Positions 1 to 12,529 of a stretch of 64,000 nucleotides of DNA are shown here, piece by piece. The stretch's first letter is position 1; each line of letters opens with the position of its first letter. Origin of the DNA: Lingula anatina (taxonomy: Eukaryota; Animalia; Brachiopoda); assembly GCA_051362555.1 (NCBI GenBank), contig CM120649.1:1922001-1986000 (forward strand), written 5' to 3'. The position numbers and the translations under genes were made by a program. The notes below the pieces were generated by a model. It made no database searches and was not told the origin of the DNA. It was given only the letters and a program-made list of their open reading frames with translations.

Positions 1-2795
1 TACTATATGAAACATATTGGAGAATGGATACAAACAGCCCAGTGCAGAGCACCTGGTATTTACATTATAATTGTAGGAACTCACCACGATCTAGTTGGTG
101 ATAGAGATCCCGACATGCTGTGTCAAGATGTCCGGCATAGGTTCAAACAACAAGCGGATTGGAACATGGAATGGCTACAAAACGGAGTTGACGCACATGC
201 ATTTCAAGGGAGAAGGGTTTCATATTTTTCGAATTCCCATGTGGACATCTTCACGATCAGCTCAGCCGATATGTTTGGAATGGAGAACCTCTCGGCGTAC
301 CTGGTTCAGATAGCCAAGGAGAGAGGAGTCGTCCTCCCTGAGGCCTGGGTGGATGTGATGAATGAAATAGAGAGGATGAAGTTCGAACCTACAACTAACA
401 CTCTGACAGAGGGGGCTGTCAGAGAAATAGTTAAAGTTGAGGTTGCACGTAGAAAAAAGAATAGTGCACGCCAGGCAGACGTTTCCCTAGAGGAAGAAAA
501 GGGGAACCAGATTTCGCGAATCGTAAGGAGAATGATGTGCTGCACAAGTCTCTTCCATGAAGAAGTCGAGGAAATAAATCAAGTGGCAAGTGGTCCCCAA
601 ACCCCTCACGAAGACGACGAGGATATTTCTCCAGCACAAGTGGCATATGTGGTGCAAGATGTCCTTGATTATATGTCAAATACTGGTGAAGTAGTGTGGT
701 TCAATTCCAATACAGCTCTCGGGAAAGTCATATTCCACAAGCCGGAAGTCTTAATCAATCTCCTCAATTCCGTCCTACACCATGATTTTGAGGTTAAAAA
801 GAAGACACTGAAGGACAATTACACCAAACAGAAATTTGAGGAAATAGAGGACAACCTTGAGATGAGGGGTATTATTGACGAGGATGTCATGGAGTTTCTC
901 TGGCAGTCCTTTGGGGTTCCTGGCATTGAAAGGGATGCCATGATTGAGCTTATGACAAAGCTTGACCTGAGTTATTTTGTGGATGGCGGATCTGTAGCAA
1001 AAAGGACGGGCGCATTTCATTTTCCATGTTTACTACAACAGAATGAACCATGTGACTTAGAAAGTTCGGGCAAGTGGCCGGCCAGATTGCCATGGGGGGT
1101 TCTACAGTTGACCCTCCAGATTCACACACCTCACCGATGTCCAAGCGACGTGTTCGAAAAGCTCTCAGTCAGAATCCACAAGTATCTTCATATGTTCGAC
1201 AGAAGACGCATCGACTGGAATAATGGTGTCTATGCAGTCACCAGCCGTTGTAAAATTCTCCTTACGCGTCACAGCGAAGAGCGAGACTGGGTAATCACGA
1301 CAAATGTCAGAGGGAAAGATCGACTCGCCATGTGGGACATCCTGCTCAAGCTCCATCAAGACCTCGTCGACATTTTGAAAAATGACTGGCCGGGTGTTTT
1401 CTACAGCAAGCACCTGATGTGTCCACACTGCATTGAAGAAGGCATCCCCTCCCCCACCCTTTTTCCTGGAGACATCTTGGACCAACCAGACTACGTTCCA
1501 CGCGTGAAGGTCTTACCATGCAGAAATGCGCCCTCTCAAACTATCAGCGCAACGCACGTGTACCCAGCTCTGGCAGGTACAGTACTCAAATCTATCTTGT
1601 TTACAACTGAAAAGGGGTCTCTTTTCAATGTATTGTTTTAAAGTCATGGTTTTGGAACAATGTGACTACCAACATCACCAGTGTCCTTAAAATGTGACTG
1701 CATATTTAATCACAATCGATCATCGCCGTGAGGAGTCAAGTTTAATACAGAGATGAGACTTTTGGCTATAAGTAGGAAATCCCTTAATTTTTACAGTTCA
1801 AGTATTATTTAGCATTTAACTAAGACCCCATTCCCATTGACACCATCGGTCCACGTAGATCGATCCAAATCTGTAAGGACAGTCACTGAGTGCAATCAGC
1901 TTAACTGAATGACACTCCACTCCCCCTCCTTGGCGTAAAGTAGAATACAGAAGAGATGGAGATTATACGAGCTCACTGGAAACAACAGGAGGGGCCTAAT
2001 TCAGCTAAACTGATTGCACTTAAAGCGAGTCCCCGCAGAGATGTAGCCAAGTGCGTATAGGGTAAACTTGTGTATTTCTTTTAATTTCCTTATTTCATTT
2101 TCTTAAAGGGAGAGACGGTGTGCTGAAAGAAAACAAAGACCGACTGCGGCGAAACAGGGTGACGTTGGTTCAGTCGGTTACTGAACAGTGCCTTCTGGAG
2201 GTACTGAATAGTCTTACAGCACAAGCCATTTTTTTGCCCAGAGAAAAGGAGAATATAATGAAAATTGCCACACAGCAAGAGCGGGTTGAGGAGTTTTTGG
2301 ACATTTTGAAAAACAAAGAAGACAGAGCTTTTTACATATTCCACAAACATCTAGAGAGCAGTGGACAAACGCATTTGGCTGACCTATTGCGTCCAAGGTG
2401 AGTTGAAATTGTTCCTTCACAGTGAGTATTGGCATATGTTGATCATTTAATGAGCGGAGTCTGCAGATGTTTCGTTCATTTAATGAAATGAAATATGCTT
2501 CAGAGTCACTGTCCGAAAATTACTGTCGGTGAAGTTAAGATGATAGACGAAATGTTATCCTCGCGGATTTTATTTTCTTTTTCTTCTTGGCAGCGAGACA
2601 TGCCCTTACAGTGTCCATCATGATAAATATTATTGATGGTTAAACTTTATAAAATAGAATTAACAGTCTCAAATGTTAAAACAATATAGCTACATTTAAT
2701 TACGCATATATTCTATTTCTCCAATGTCATATTCTTATTTCAGAGAGGAAATCATGGATGAGCTACCGAGTGGTGAGATAGTCTATTGGGTTTAG
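1..2795 (+). CDS. ROCO-family protein (MFHAS1-like Roc-COR) with C-terminal CARD; 5' part outside window. Exons <1-1576, 2109-2397, 2744-2795
   Basis: ORF 7-1641 has Roc G4 (IIIVGTHHD) and G5-like (FTISSA) motifs, then COR-type motifs (GEVVWF, VIFHKPE, FPCLL, CPHC). Donor GCAG|gtacag at 1576 (phase 1) joins taaag|GG at 2109 in frame to a CARD-like helical exon (LKENKDRLRRNRVTLVQ...ERVEEFLDILKNKEDRAFYIFHKHLESSGQTHLADLL). Donor AG|gtgagt at 2397 (phase 2) joins tttcag|A at 2744, giving REEIMDELPSGEIVYWV* (TAG 2793-2795). Confidence 0.8.
1825..2062. mobile_element. Short dispersed foldback (MITE-like) repeat in ROCO intron; related copy at ~56515-56745
   Basis: Internal inverted arms agtgcaatcagcttaactgaat / attcagctaaactgattgcact; shares ccccatt(c/t)c, gagtgcaatcag and aagtagaatacagaa with 56515-56745. 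Confidence 0.55.
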
Positions 2796-3883
2796 CTGTG
2801 TGGTATTTCGCATGTGTCGACTCAGAGAGGAAAAGGAAAAACTCGGAGACGTTAGTGATGCAGTAATAGCCTGCTGATCTGATCTAGCGTGGTATGCCTC
2901 AAAGTTTACTGAAAATGACTGCCCAGTGGATGGGAAACAGAAATATAAACATACCAAACGTTGATTAGATAAATTTGGACCGTATTATAAAGGTGTTCAA
3001 GCTGTTAGGAAAAATCAAATTACTACGCACACGATTTACTTATAAATATGTATATTCATCTTTGACATGTTCATAGCTATAAAATGACTTTTCATCTTCT
3101 CCTCATTAATGGATAGCAGGCATTGAGAACGTTACTAAGAACTTGACCAACGGAAAGTAAAGACACGCATTTTCTATTTAAAGCTTGGACAATCGAGCAT
3201 TTAGAAAATAAATTAATACGAAGAACATTGTTAAAATGTAACTGTTGTTTATTATCAAGCGTTACATATTTTTTGTGTTTATTTTAAACAGTCAATATAT
3301 TTTTTGAAATGTTAATTTCTGTTGTTATCTGTTTTATACATATGCACTGAATAAAATTATCTAAATTAAATTCCTTCCTCATGTTATAATGGTGTTTAAT
3401 ATTTAATTTACTGGTGTGGTTATTTTTTCAGAGGCGTTTGAATCAAGTTCACCACCACTACACAAATATTAAGTCGACGTATTAACTAGTATGTCACAAG
3501 CCCTTCTAGGGTACCACGCAGAATTCGGCAATCAAAAAAAAAAAAAAAAAAAAACGCCGCGGTTAGCTTTCGTGCACCTTGTAGCTTAATGACAGTCTTA
3601 TGAGAAGGTACAAATGAAGGTTTGCAAATAAAGCAACTGACACGCATCGGGTCTTTAACTTTATGATACAGTCATTTTCGTAGTACCTCTTAATAACTGA
3701 TAACAATATAGCACTGTAAAAAATTAATAATAAGCAACAGTAGCATAAAATGACCCAATTTGCACAGGTTCTTCAAATATTTGGTAGGAATTGGATAAAA
3801 AAACAAAAATTATAACAAATAATTATCTATGGTAGTTAGGAAATTAAACCAGAGATTGCTTGTTAAACAAATAACTGACAAAA

Positions 3884-3922
<39 letters not shown>

Positions 3923-4035
3923 AAATCATTTTAAAATAATTTGGCATCATTCTTTAAAAATAGGTAGTTGTTTTAAAAAACGAAATGGGCAATCCAACAA
4001 ACGTTACTCCTTTGTTGCCCTTCCGTTTCGCTTTC

Positions 4036-4047
4036 TATGACGTCATA
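4036..4047. promoter_or_regulatory. Palindromic CRE/ATF site (TATGACGTCATA) ~115 bp upstream of the orphan gene ATG
   Basis: Perfect TGACGTCA consensus at 4038-4045 within a 12-bp palindrome; function inferred from position only. Confidence 0.4.
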
Positions 4048-4159
4048 AGTGGCCACCACGTAACGGCATCAGCCCCGTAACGTTAGTTACAATATCAAAG
4101 CCAATGGCGATGTTCGTAATTTATGAAGCTGTGAGCTTTTATCAAGTAATTTTGATTTA

Positions 4160-5843
4160 ATGGAAGAATCCGAAGACAACGAAGGTAGATTGAGTCGCGC
4201 CCGTAAACGTGTTCGAAATGTTGCGTCTCGAGCTGCAAGCGCATTTCGCATACGCCGTCGGAGCAGAAGGATTGCTCCTTCCGCTCGAGCTGAAGAGCTG
4301 GAATCTGAGGTACCAAAGGGTCCGAATCAGGTACGTTATATAATTTCGGTTTTACTTTCTTATTTTTATGCTCAGTGTATTTTATGTATATCTGTGGCCT
4401 AAATAAACTCATTTTTACTCTTTTTCTTCATCAAGTAACCTTTTTCAAGTAACATTTGTTAGTAAAAACAACTAAACAATGAAAGTCTGTTGAAAGCAAA
4501 CGTTTGAACAAAATACTATAATTCTGCAGAAAGAATAATGTCCGATAACAATTTTGAAGACATATTTTATTTTCCAACTAAAGTTTTTCCACATGTTTAT
4601 ATTATATAGACAAATAACTCGAATAAGAGCAGTGCAGGGAGTCCTGCCAGTGAGCGGACCCCCACACCAGAGCGGTATGTTGCCGAACCAGTACATCATT
4701 TGCTTGTTTGGCTTTTTTCCTTAATATTTCAGTTAAAATTTGAAATAGTTAGCTTATTAAACAGTTTTCATTTGCGTACACCATTTTTTTCAGTTTTGCT
4801 TTAATTGGCCTTTTTTCAAATATGTGATCATAATGTAAAATACATTTAATTTAATTAGTTTTTTATCTAAATCCTAATTATCTTCGTTTTTATTTCGTTG
4901 AAAGGGCCGAATCGACTTCCTCTGTGGAAGAGGAGAATAGTCTGGAGAAGACTAAAGCAAGACTGAGAGAGGCCCAAGAAAGATATGAGACAAAACAGGA
5001 TGAAGAAAGGGTGGAAGAGATACCCAAGGAGGTCTCAAGATGGCAGGCATTCCTTGCCGTTTTCTGTTGCTGCTTTCTGCAGGTTAGTTTTTGGATTTTT
5101 ATTAGAATTTGATCATTAATTCACAATTAAAATTTAGGTATTTCTTCGAAGTAAACTAATATGAAAATCATCTATTTCAGCCAGACCCTGGCGTCTATCC
5201 CACCCCAGCCAATCCTGGGCAGGAACCAAGACCTGTAAACCTGTTCGACAAATGTTGTCCTCCGGATGACTGCCCAGTGGATGGGAAAGTTAGAGGGGAG
5301 TTAGTGGACAGAGTTCTCGTCCAAAGAAAGGTAGAGAAACAAAAGGAGAAACAGCGAAAGAAAGAAGAAAAGGAAATGGAGAAGGAAAGGAAGAAAGAGG
5401 AGAAAGAGAGAAAGGAAGAGGAGAAGAAAAAGGCCAAGATGGAGAAAAAGGGGAAGACCTATGTCCCGAAGCCAAAGAAGGAGAAGAAAGAGAAAAAGAG
5501 GAAGCCGGTTAAGATCTTGGACATCAACACCAAGTTCCCCGAGCCAGACGGAGAGACTGCCGAACCCTCAGATCTGCTGCCAGTCGCTGAGCTCAACCCT
5601 TCTTTAAGTTCGGAGTCCGTGCTCTCCAAAGGTGCCATCGCCGCTGCTCTGTCAGGAAGTGGACTTGGGGCTACAGCCAGCACCGAGGTTAACTACGGGG
5701 ACGTTGAAGTCTGGGACGACTGGAACGAGCAAAAACTGCAAGAGTTAATAATGGAAGATCTGGTGCTGCAACAAGTATTGGCCAGCGGCGGGAAAGGCAA
5801 AGGGAAGGGCAAGAGCAGCAAGAGAAAGGCCGAGGAGGAGTAA
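4160..5843 (+). CDS. Uncharacterised 358-aa charged low-complexity protein; exons 4160-4330, 4610-4674, 4905-5082, 5181-5843
   Basis: Canonical GT-AG introns with consistent phases (0,2,0) join three ORF-track fragments plus a 65-nt exon into one frame ending TAA 5843. Arg-rich N-terminus, WQAFLAVFCCCFLQ segment, KE-rich coiled coil. No family recognised. Confidence 0.75.
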
Positions 5844-6199
5844 AATGCCATCAGCTACACAGTCAACAACAGCATGCTAAATTATTGTATTTAATTTAAT
5901 TTTTCATGGGCTCTATAAATAGTTCTCTCTAACAAAATCGTTTTGTAAGTATTTTATTCAACATAATGTTAATCCGTTGACGCATAGTGTCACAATTTAT
6001 TTGGACATTCAAAGTCTTTCTAAAAAATTTCAGAAAATATGTTGTTGATTGTACCAGTTAAAATACACACACAACCATTTTGGATTTATCGCAGGGCACA
6101 TGAATTTAAACTGATGCACTTCAATATTAAGATATTTAATGTAGGTATTTAATCCAATGTATTTATTACAAACACCAGTCTTGCCTATTGCTGGCAAAA

Positions 6200-6810
6200 G
6201 GCAAGAAGTAGATGCTTTAGGCATCGATGAAACAGTATGTGAGGATGGAGGTATGGACGGCAGTTGTTATCGGGCCGTCGACCCCTTGACGTACGGTGTT
6301 AGTAACTATATCAGCGAGCTGCTCACTGTCTTTGCACGGAAGATGACCGATGGACGTGTGAGTTCAAGTTGACTAGGTGTAAGAAAAAAAACTTGAGGGC
6401 GGAGGTGTTTTTTAACTGTGAAAGCGAGTTACTATATTTACACGGCAGACGACCGATAGACAAATGAAAGAAACGACGGAGGCGTGACTTAAAGAGGCTA
6501 GATGAAATAAAAGATGAATAAGTGAAGATGGAGGCATGGACGGCAGTTGTTGTCCGGCCGTGGACCTCAGGGGGTGAGGTCTTGAGATGTTACATTTAGT
6601 AATTACAAAAGCAAGTTACCATCATTATAAGGTGGGCGATATTAAGATGAACAGTTCAAATGAATCAAGGAAGATCATAGAAACGACGGAATTGTGAGGA
6701 GTCAAGCGGCGGCTGGACATGGGTTAGGGCTGTCGACTCATAGAAGTGGCAAATTATCTAAAACAACGAGTTACTTTTTTATTGCACGGAAGACGAACAA
6801 TGGAGATATG
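6200..6810. repeat. Degenerate direct repeats (2-3 partial copies)
   Basis: gatggagg(t/c)atggacggcagttgtt..ggccgt(c/g)gacc at ~6244 and ~6527; gaaacgacgga at ~6470 and ~6680; ttgcacggaaga at ~6332 and ~6782. Confidence 0.5.
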
Positions 6811-8154
6811 GATTATGTAGTTCGTATATAGTGTATAACAGGAAAAAAAAGGGAGTGGAGTAAAGATTGTGTTTTGAATTACTGTTTGTCAACAAAGCTA
6901 GATACATAAAAAACCCTGCAGTCAACACCAACAAGGGCAATTTTATTAATCGAATTTTCCACTTTGTTTTGCACATTTTTCCAATCTGTTCACCACCTCA
7001 AGTTTTAATATTTTTAGTCGAATAATTGGTGATTTGTTGGCGGAAAAGTGTGAGGCAAAACAATTGTTACAGCAGTTATTAAAGTGGTCATATATTTTAA
7101 TTCAGCCAAAACAAATGGTTGCTTTTAGTTAACACTTGTGATTCACAATGTGCGCGTGCTCGCCTAGGCGTACATTGGCACTGGAGACGGTAGATATGTT
7201 TAAAACAAACTGCTTAGCTATTTAGGTAAAACTACATTTCTGCCTAAATATTTGAGGATTTTCTGTAAAGAACCCCTAGTATTGATTTCAAGTTTACGTG
7301 TGCTGTGTGAAAGAGGGTAGGCCCCTATTTGTTAAATGAGTATATTCACTTTTTAGGGCGAAGGATATATTCTGCAAGTAGTAAAATATAATGGAATAGC
7401 GCAAGGTAATTTACATCGAGGTATTGAGAAACAGAGATAAAAACCGAGGAATTATTCAAATGTGGGTGATATTGTCATCACGTAGAATTCAATGCAGACC
7501 AGAGCTTCAACATACCTGACAGGGCTGCTTGATAACAAAATATCTATCTAAACCTTGGATATTCGTTATTATGTCCAAGTCTAAACAGGGAACTAAGTAC
7601 AACATGAGAAATGGAGCGATGCGGGGAGTAGAGACCCCCGAATTTTCTTTTCCTCGGGATTTTTATTTTTATATCATTATTACTATCGATTGATATCTTC
7701 ATGTCGAAAGTTAAGAAATTTTATACCAAGCAGTATCATATACGTTAACATTTTCAAATTGTACAGTTATCTAAACCAAGTGTTTTCATGCTGTGTCAAC
7801 CGTTTTATCTGCATATTTTTCTGGGGGAAACCAGCTGTATTGTATTTTATGATAACATTTATTCTCTTTCATTATATGCAAGAACATATGCCATTTTTTT
7901 TTTCAATTTGTTGCAGGTACATGTAGGCCTACAATATTTTCCACGACTAAGCCTACATGTACATATTTTTAACAAAGTTTTTAATGTTTTTTCGAAAAAT
8001 GGATCGGTGATGATAATTATTCAGCGATACCATATGCATTGTGTCTTGCTTTGCAGGATTAACGAGACACAGTGAAGGAAGCCAACTGTTTAAGTTCTAC
8101 AATACATATATAGATTTTTATCAATGATGAAATATCATAGCAATTATATTTTCT

Positions 8155-8221
8155 TGAAAAAAAAAAAGAAAGAAAAAGAGGAGAAAAAGAGGAAAAAAGA
8201 AAAGACAAAAAGGAAGGTTAT

Positions 8222-8252
<31 letters not shown>

Positions 8253-8320
8253 AAAAAAAGAAAAAAAAGAAAAAAAGAAAAAACACTAACAAGCTTTACC
8301 CTTATATTGATTTGTTTTAC

Positions 8321-8367
<47 letters not shown>
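8155..8367. repeat. A-rich low-complexity tract plus (ATT)n microsatellite
   Basis: Seen directly; explains the spurious poly-K/poly-I ORF 8124-8411. Confidence 0.9.
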
Positions 8368-8835
8368 GGCCTATTGGAAAAATAAAGAATTTTGAAAGTT
8401 ACAATGTTTAGTCAACATTTCTTCTTCCTCGTTTTAATTATTAGTAGATGTAAATAAAACTTTAGAGATATTTTTATTATGACTACTGTAGTATCAATTA
8501 ATCATTTCTACGGGAAAAAACCGTTGAATACCAGAACACTAACTTTTGGGCCCAATATACGTGTGCAAATATCCCTTTTCTCTGTCGGGGGGACTGCCGC
8601 GTCATCAGGCTGATAAATATAGTAGTATTTTGACTAGTTCCAGGCAATAAGAGCTCGCTGTATGATACATTTTTTACATTGATAACAATTAAAATATTTC
8701 AAATTGAAATAAGTTGGAGAAAAAATTATCTTTTTATTACTATTAATCTTTTCACCTAGCATTCGAATGTTTGATTATGAAGTCGATTAAAATAAAAGTG
8801 TCTCACACTGATATGAGGAACAAAGCGCAAACAAT

Positions 8836-10675
8836 ATGGAAGGACGGGAACACGTGTTGTCGGTGTTGACAACAAATTTTGAAGGAAATTTGCGGTCTCT
8901 GGTAGATTTCAGACAGATTGTAGACGAACACACACTCTACAACACACAGGTAATGATTGTATGTTATAATTCAGAGTCAAATTAGTTTTATATATTGTAG
9001 ATTATTCCTTATCACATCAGCTGTCTTGTGTTCGTGTCGTGTGTCAAGTGCAAGGTTCTAGTAGCTATGACTATATACGGCACTAGTGCTTTATCTATCT
9101 AGTGTGAACTAACATAACAGTGAACAGAAGTGCTAGGAGGCTTATTGTTCTGAATACATGCACCACAGGTTTTGGGATTCTTCTGAGTTCCAGGTGAGTG
9201 GATACGGAAGCTGTTAATAGGGTGGCATGCAGACAGAAGCCTAATTACTCGTTACTGTTATGGAGTGCTTCAGTTGTACAGCATACAAACGGATAAATGA
9301 AGTTAAAATATGGTTGCTGTAGACGCCAAATTTAACTAATGTATTGGTTTAGTTAAATATAGTAAGCAGTTAATTGTTCTTCAATTGTTTTTGAGGAATG
9401 GAAATTCCTTTATTGCGTTATTGCTTGGCATTTAATTGTGCCCTACTTGGCCTTGAGTCTATAATATTTTAATCTTTTTGCTTATTCTCAGAAAGCAAGT
9501 CAAATTCAAGATGAGATAAGTAAAATCAACTCAGGTCTAAATGCAGCAAAATCCAGGTAAGCATACACTTATTGTTTCTGTTTAAAACTTTTCCCATGTT
9601 ATATATCATATATATGTATGTTCCAACTACCAAGCTAATGAACATTTTTGCTCATTTTCCCATATTACTTTTATCTGTTATGTTGAGAGAAAACAGGGGG
9701 CCTTCTACGTAATTTAGACTTGTGTTTAGCTCTCATTTTCTTTTATTTACTTATTTCTGAAGTAATTTTTATGTGTGAGATATCTTGTTTGTTATTATTT
9801 TACTGTTTTTTTTTTTTTCATTTTTGTACATTTTTGTAGAGTTGAGAGTCTTGTACTGCTGAATGATCTTCTCAGCCAGTGTAGCACAGAAACTCTGTCA
9901 CAGTATACCATCACTTGGACACGCCTTCTCATACAGATTATCAAGGTAAGAATAACCAATAAAATTAAAGCAGATCAATGTCTTACCAGTTAAAGGGATA
10001 ATAACTCTTCGTTTTGGCCAAAAAATGAATTTTCCTGGAGTAAACAACAATTTTCCCATACTAACCAATGGTTAATGAATCCATTTTCACATTCAAAGTT
10101 AGTCCCTGGTTTTTTTCTAAAAAGTTTGGTTTTTTGTTAAAATCTCTTAAGATTAAAATCCCTTAAGAGATTATAACAGAGTATAGCCATCAATGGAGGT
10201 CACATGGTCTGAAGGCAAGCTCAGATATCAGAATAATAGCTATAACTGCTGTTTTTGTCATACCACAGAATATATTATATTTCTGTGAGTTATTCACAAT
10301 GTTTTTATTGTGAAAAATAGACCTCATACGAAGAGTTATTATCCCTTTAACTTCTTTTTTTTTCAGGACCAAGTATTATTGTAACCAGTCAGCAAAATTG
10401 GGAATCTTCAACAAGAAGAGAAATTTATTTTAAATTGAATTGTTAAGATAAATGACCCATTTTCAAATAACCTGTTTTTTTCCAAATCTGTCATGTTTTC
10501 CATGTATAACCTTTCAGGGCTATGCACCAGCAAGTATTCACAGACTGGCGTGTTATGTACTAGGAAGTCTTACAGAGAAGTCCTCCACTTGCCCTGAGTT
10601 GGCTCGACAGGTTGCCCTTGACTCCTTGCCCCAGCTCATTCCTGCTCTGCTTGCTATGAAGGAAGAGGTATGTAT

Positions 10676-10723
<48 letters not shown>

Positions 10724-12498
10724 ACACATCTTTATTGAAATAGCTGATAGTTAAGATGCTATAAGATGTTATTAGGATGTTATTATATCAGTTATTCACA
10801 ATGTCCTGGCTTATTCAATAATCATTTGCCTTAGTACATTAGTTCTATGTTCACTTTAATGACACCTAATTGAAAATTCAGCTCAGATGCACATAATGAC
10901 AACTCTGTCTCTGTTTTATGACTGTAACTACTTGCATGGGAAACAAGTATTTGAAATTTATAGAACTTTCATTCTTTACATATGCATTTATCTCTGTTTA
11001 AATTATGAATGTGCATTTTCTATCTAACAGAGTTTAGAAGCAGCCTTGTACTGTATTGGGAAGTGTATGCAGTTCTATCCGGGACCTTGTGGCACTTTTA
11101 AGGTTATAACACTATATATTTCATACATGAATATATCTGGTTTCTCATCATTATTATTACCATTGGTTTATCATTTTAAAATCTCTATATTCTTAAAGCC
11201 TATTTATTATTAATTCTATGTAATTTTGTTTGACATTAATCCATGGTAAAATATTTATTACATTAACATTTTATGTCTTCTATCATTTCAGGGTAAAATT
11301 GAAAACTGGGTTATAGATCAATTAACTAAAGAGAACCCCAGAGTTGTGGAGGTAAGATAGCAGATTATATCATTTGGGTGTGTAGAAAATATCTTTTTTA
11401 AAATTATGGCACAGGTTTCAAACTCCCACAACATTGAACAATATTGATCTCTATCTGTTACAGATGATTACTGTGCATTTTAATATACAATGTTTAAAAA
11501 TATTTTTTATTATCATTCATTTATTTGCTTTTTTGTGTCTGTTTTTACTATGAAGTTTACTTTTCAGTGTAAAATACATACACAGTTCATCACATCACAT
11601 ACCAGTTGTGATGACCAAACTTGGCACTGATTCTTAAAATAGACTGCAATTTTCATACATTTATTTTGCCCATACCCACTTCTTGTCAGTCCTGATAGAC
11701 AAACATGTTCCTCTTCCAGGCTGCTGTTTCTGTCTTCCCCTGGCTGTCTCAGTGTGGAGGGGGAGGAAACCAGGGAATAAAACACGCAGAATCATGGAGC
11801 AGTAACTGTCACAAGCTGCTGGGCTCTCTTCATGATACTCTTGATCAGCTTTATGAAGGGGTGGAGTCAGGTATGGATTTAATTACATTTAATTTATTTA
11901 TCTATTTGTTTTACTAACTTGTCTGTTTATTTGATTTTGTTATAAAAAACCTATTTATGAAAAATTGAAATGGCTCACTCTTTTTTAAAGCTGAAAATCC
12001 CTCATGATGTGACCACAGCATTTTATTTGATTTTGTTTAAAATTTTAATTTTCAGTGTACATATTTTGTAAAGGAAGCCAAAGCAATATGTGAATTTTTT
12101 TATGGCAAAATTCACAATGCACCATTTTTAAATTCCAAATAAAACTGGAGGGTAGGTATAGATGGCACTGAATACACTGAGGCCTGAAATTGAATATGGA
12201 AATGAAACATATTTTCAAGGGGACAACCTGAATTAAACCTATTGGATGAATTGTTTATTTTGTAGGAGTGGAAGAGAACAAGAAGAAGTCTGAAAAGCTT
12301 TCTTTGAGTCCAGTACAAGGCACAGGCATGGAGAGAATTGTGGGTTTACGTAACAGGCTGGACATGTTATGTGGTTGTCTAGGGGGAATGCTGAGGTAAG
12401 GTTTTATTATTTTCAGTACCTTTACTCATCAGTGCCACCGTACCCATTTTTATGTACAGACACAGATGTGTCTGTACATATAGCCATCATCTGCGTCT

Positions 12499-12529
<31 letters not shown>

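Noticed and set aside
3473-3577. Cluster of 6-cutter sites (SalI, SpeI, KpnI, EcoRI, SacII, ApaLI) around a poly-A run, resembling a polylinker
   Set aside because: Sites are separated by non-vector sequence and no vector backbone is recognisable; most likely chance. A VecScreen search would settle it.
8124-8411. Poly-Lys/poly-Ile ORF (similar ORFs at 12369, 54187, 59656)
   Set aside because: Translations of microsatellite or low-complexity DNA.
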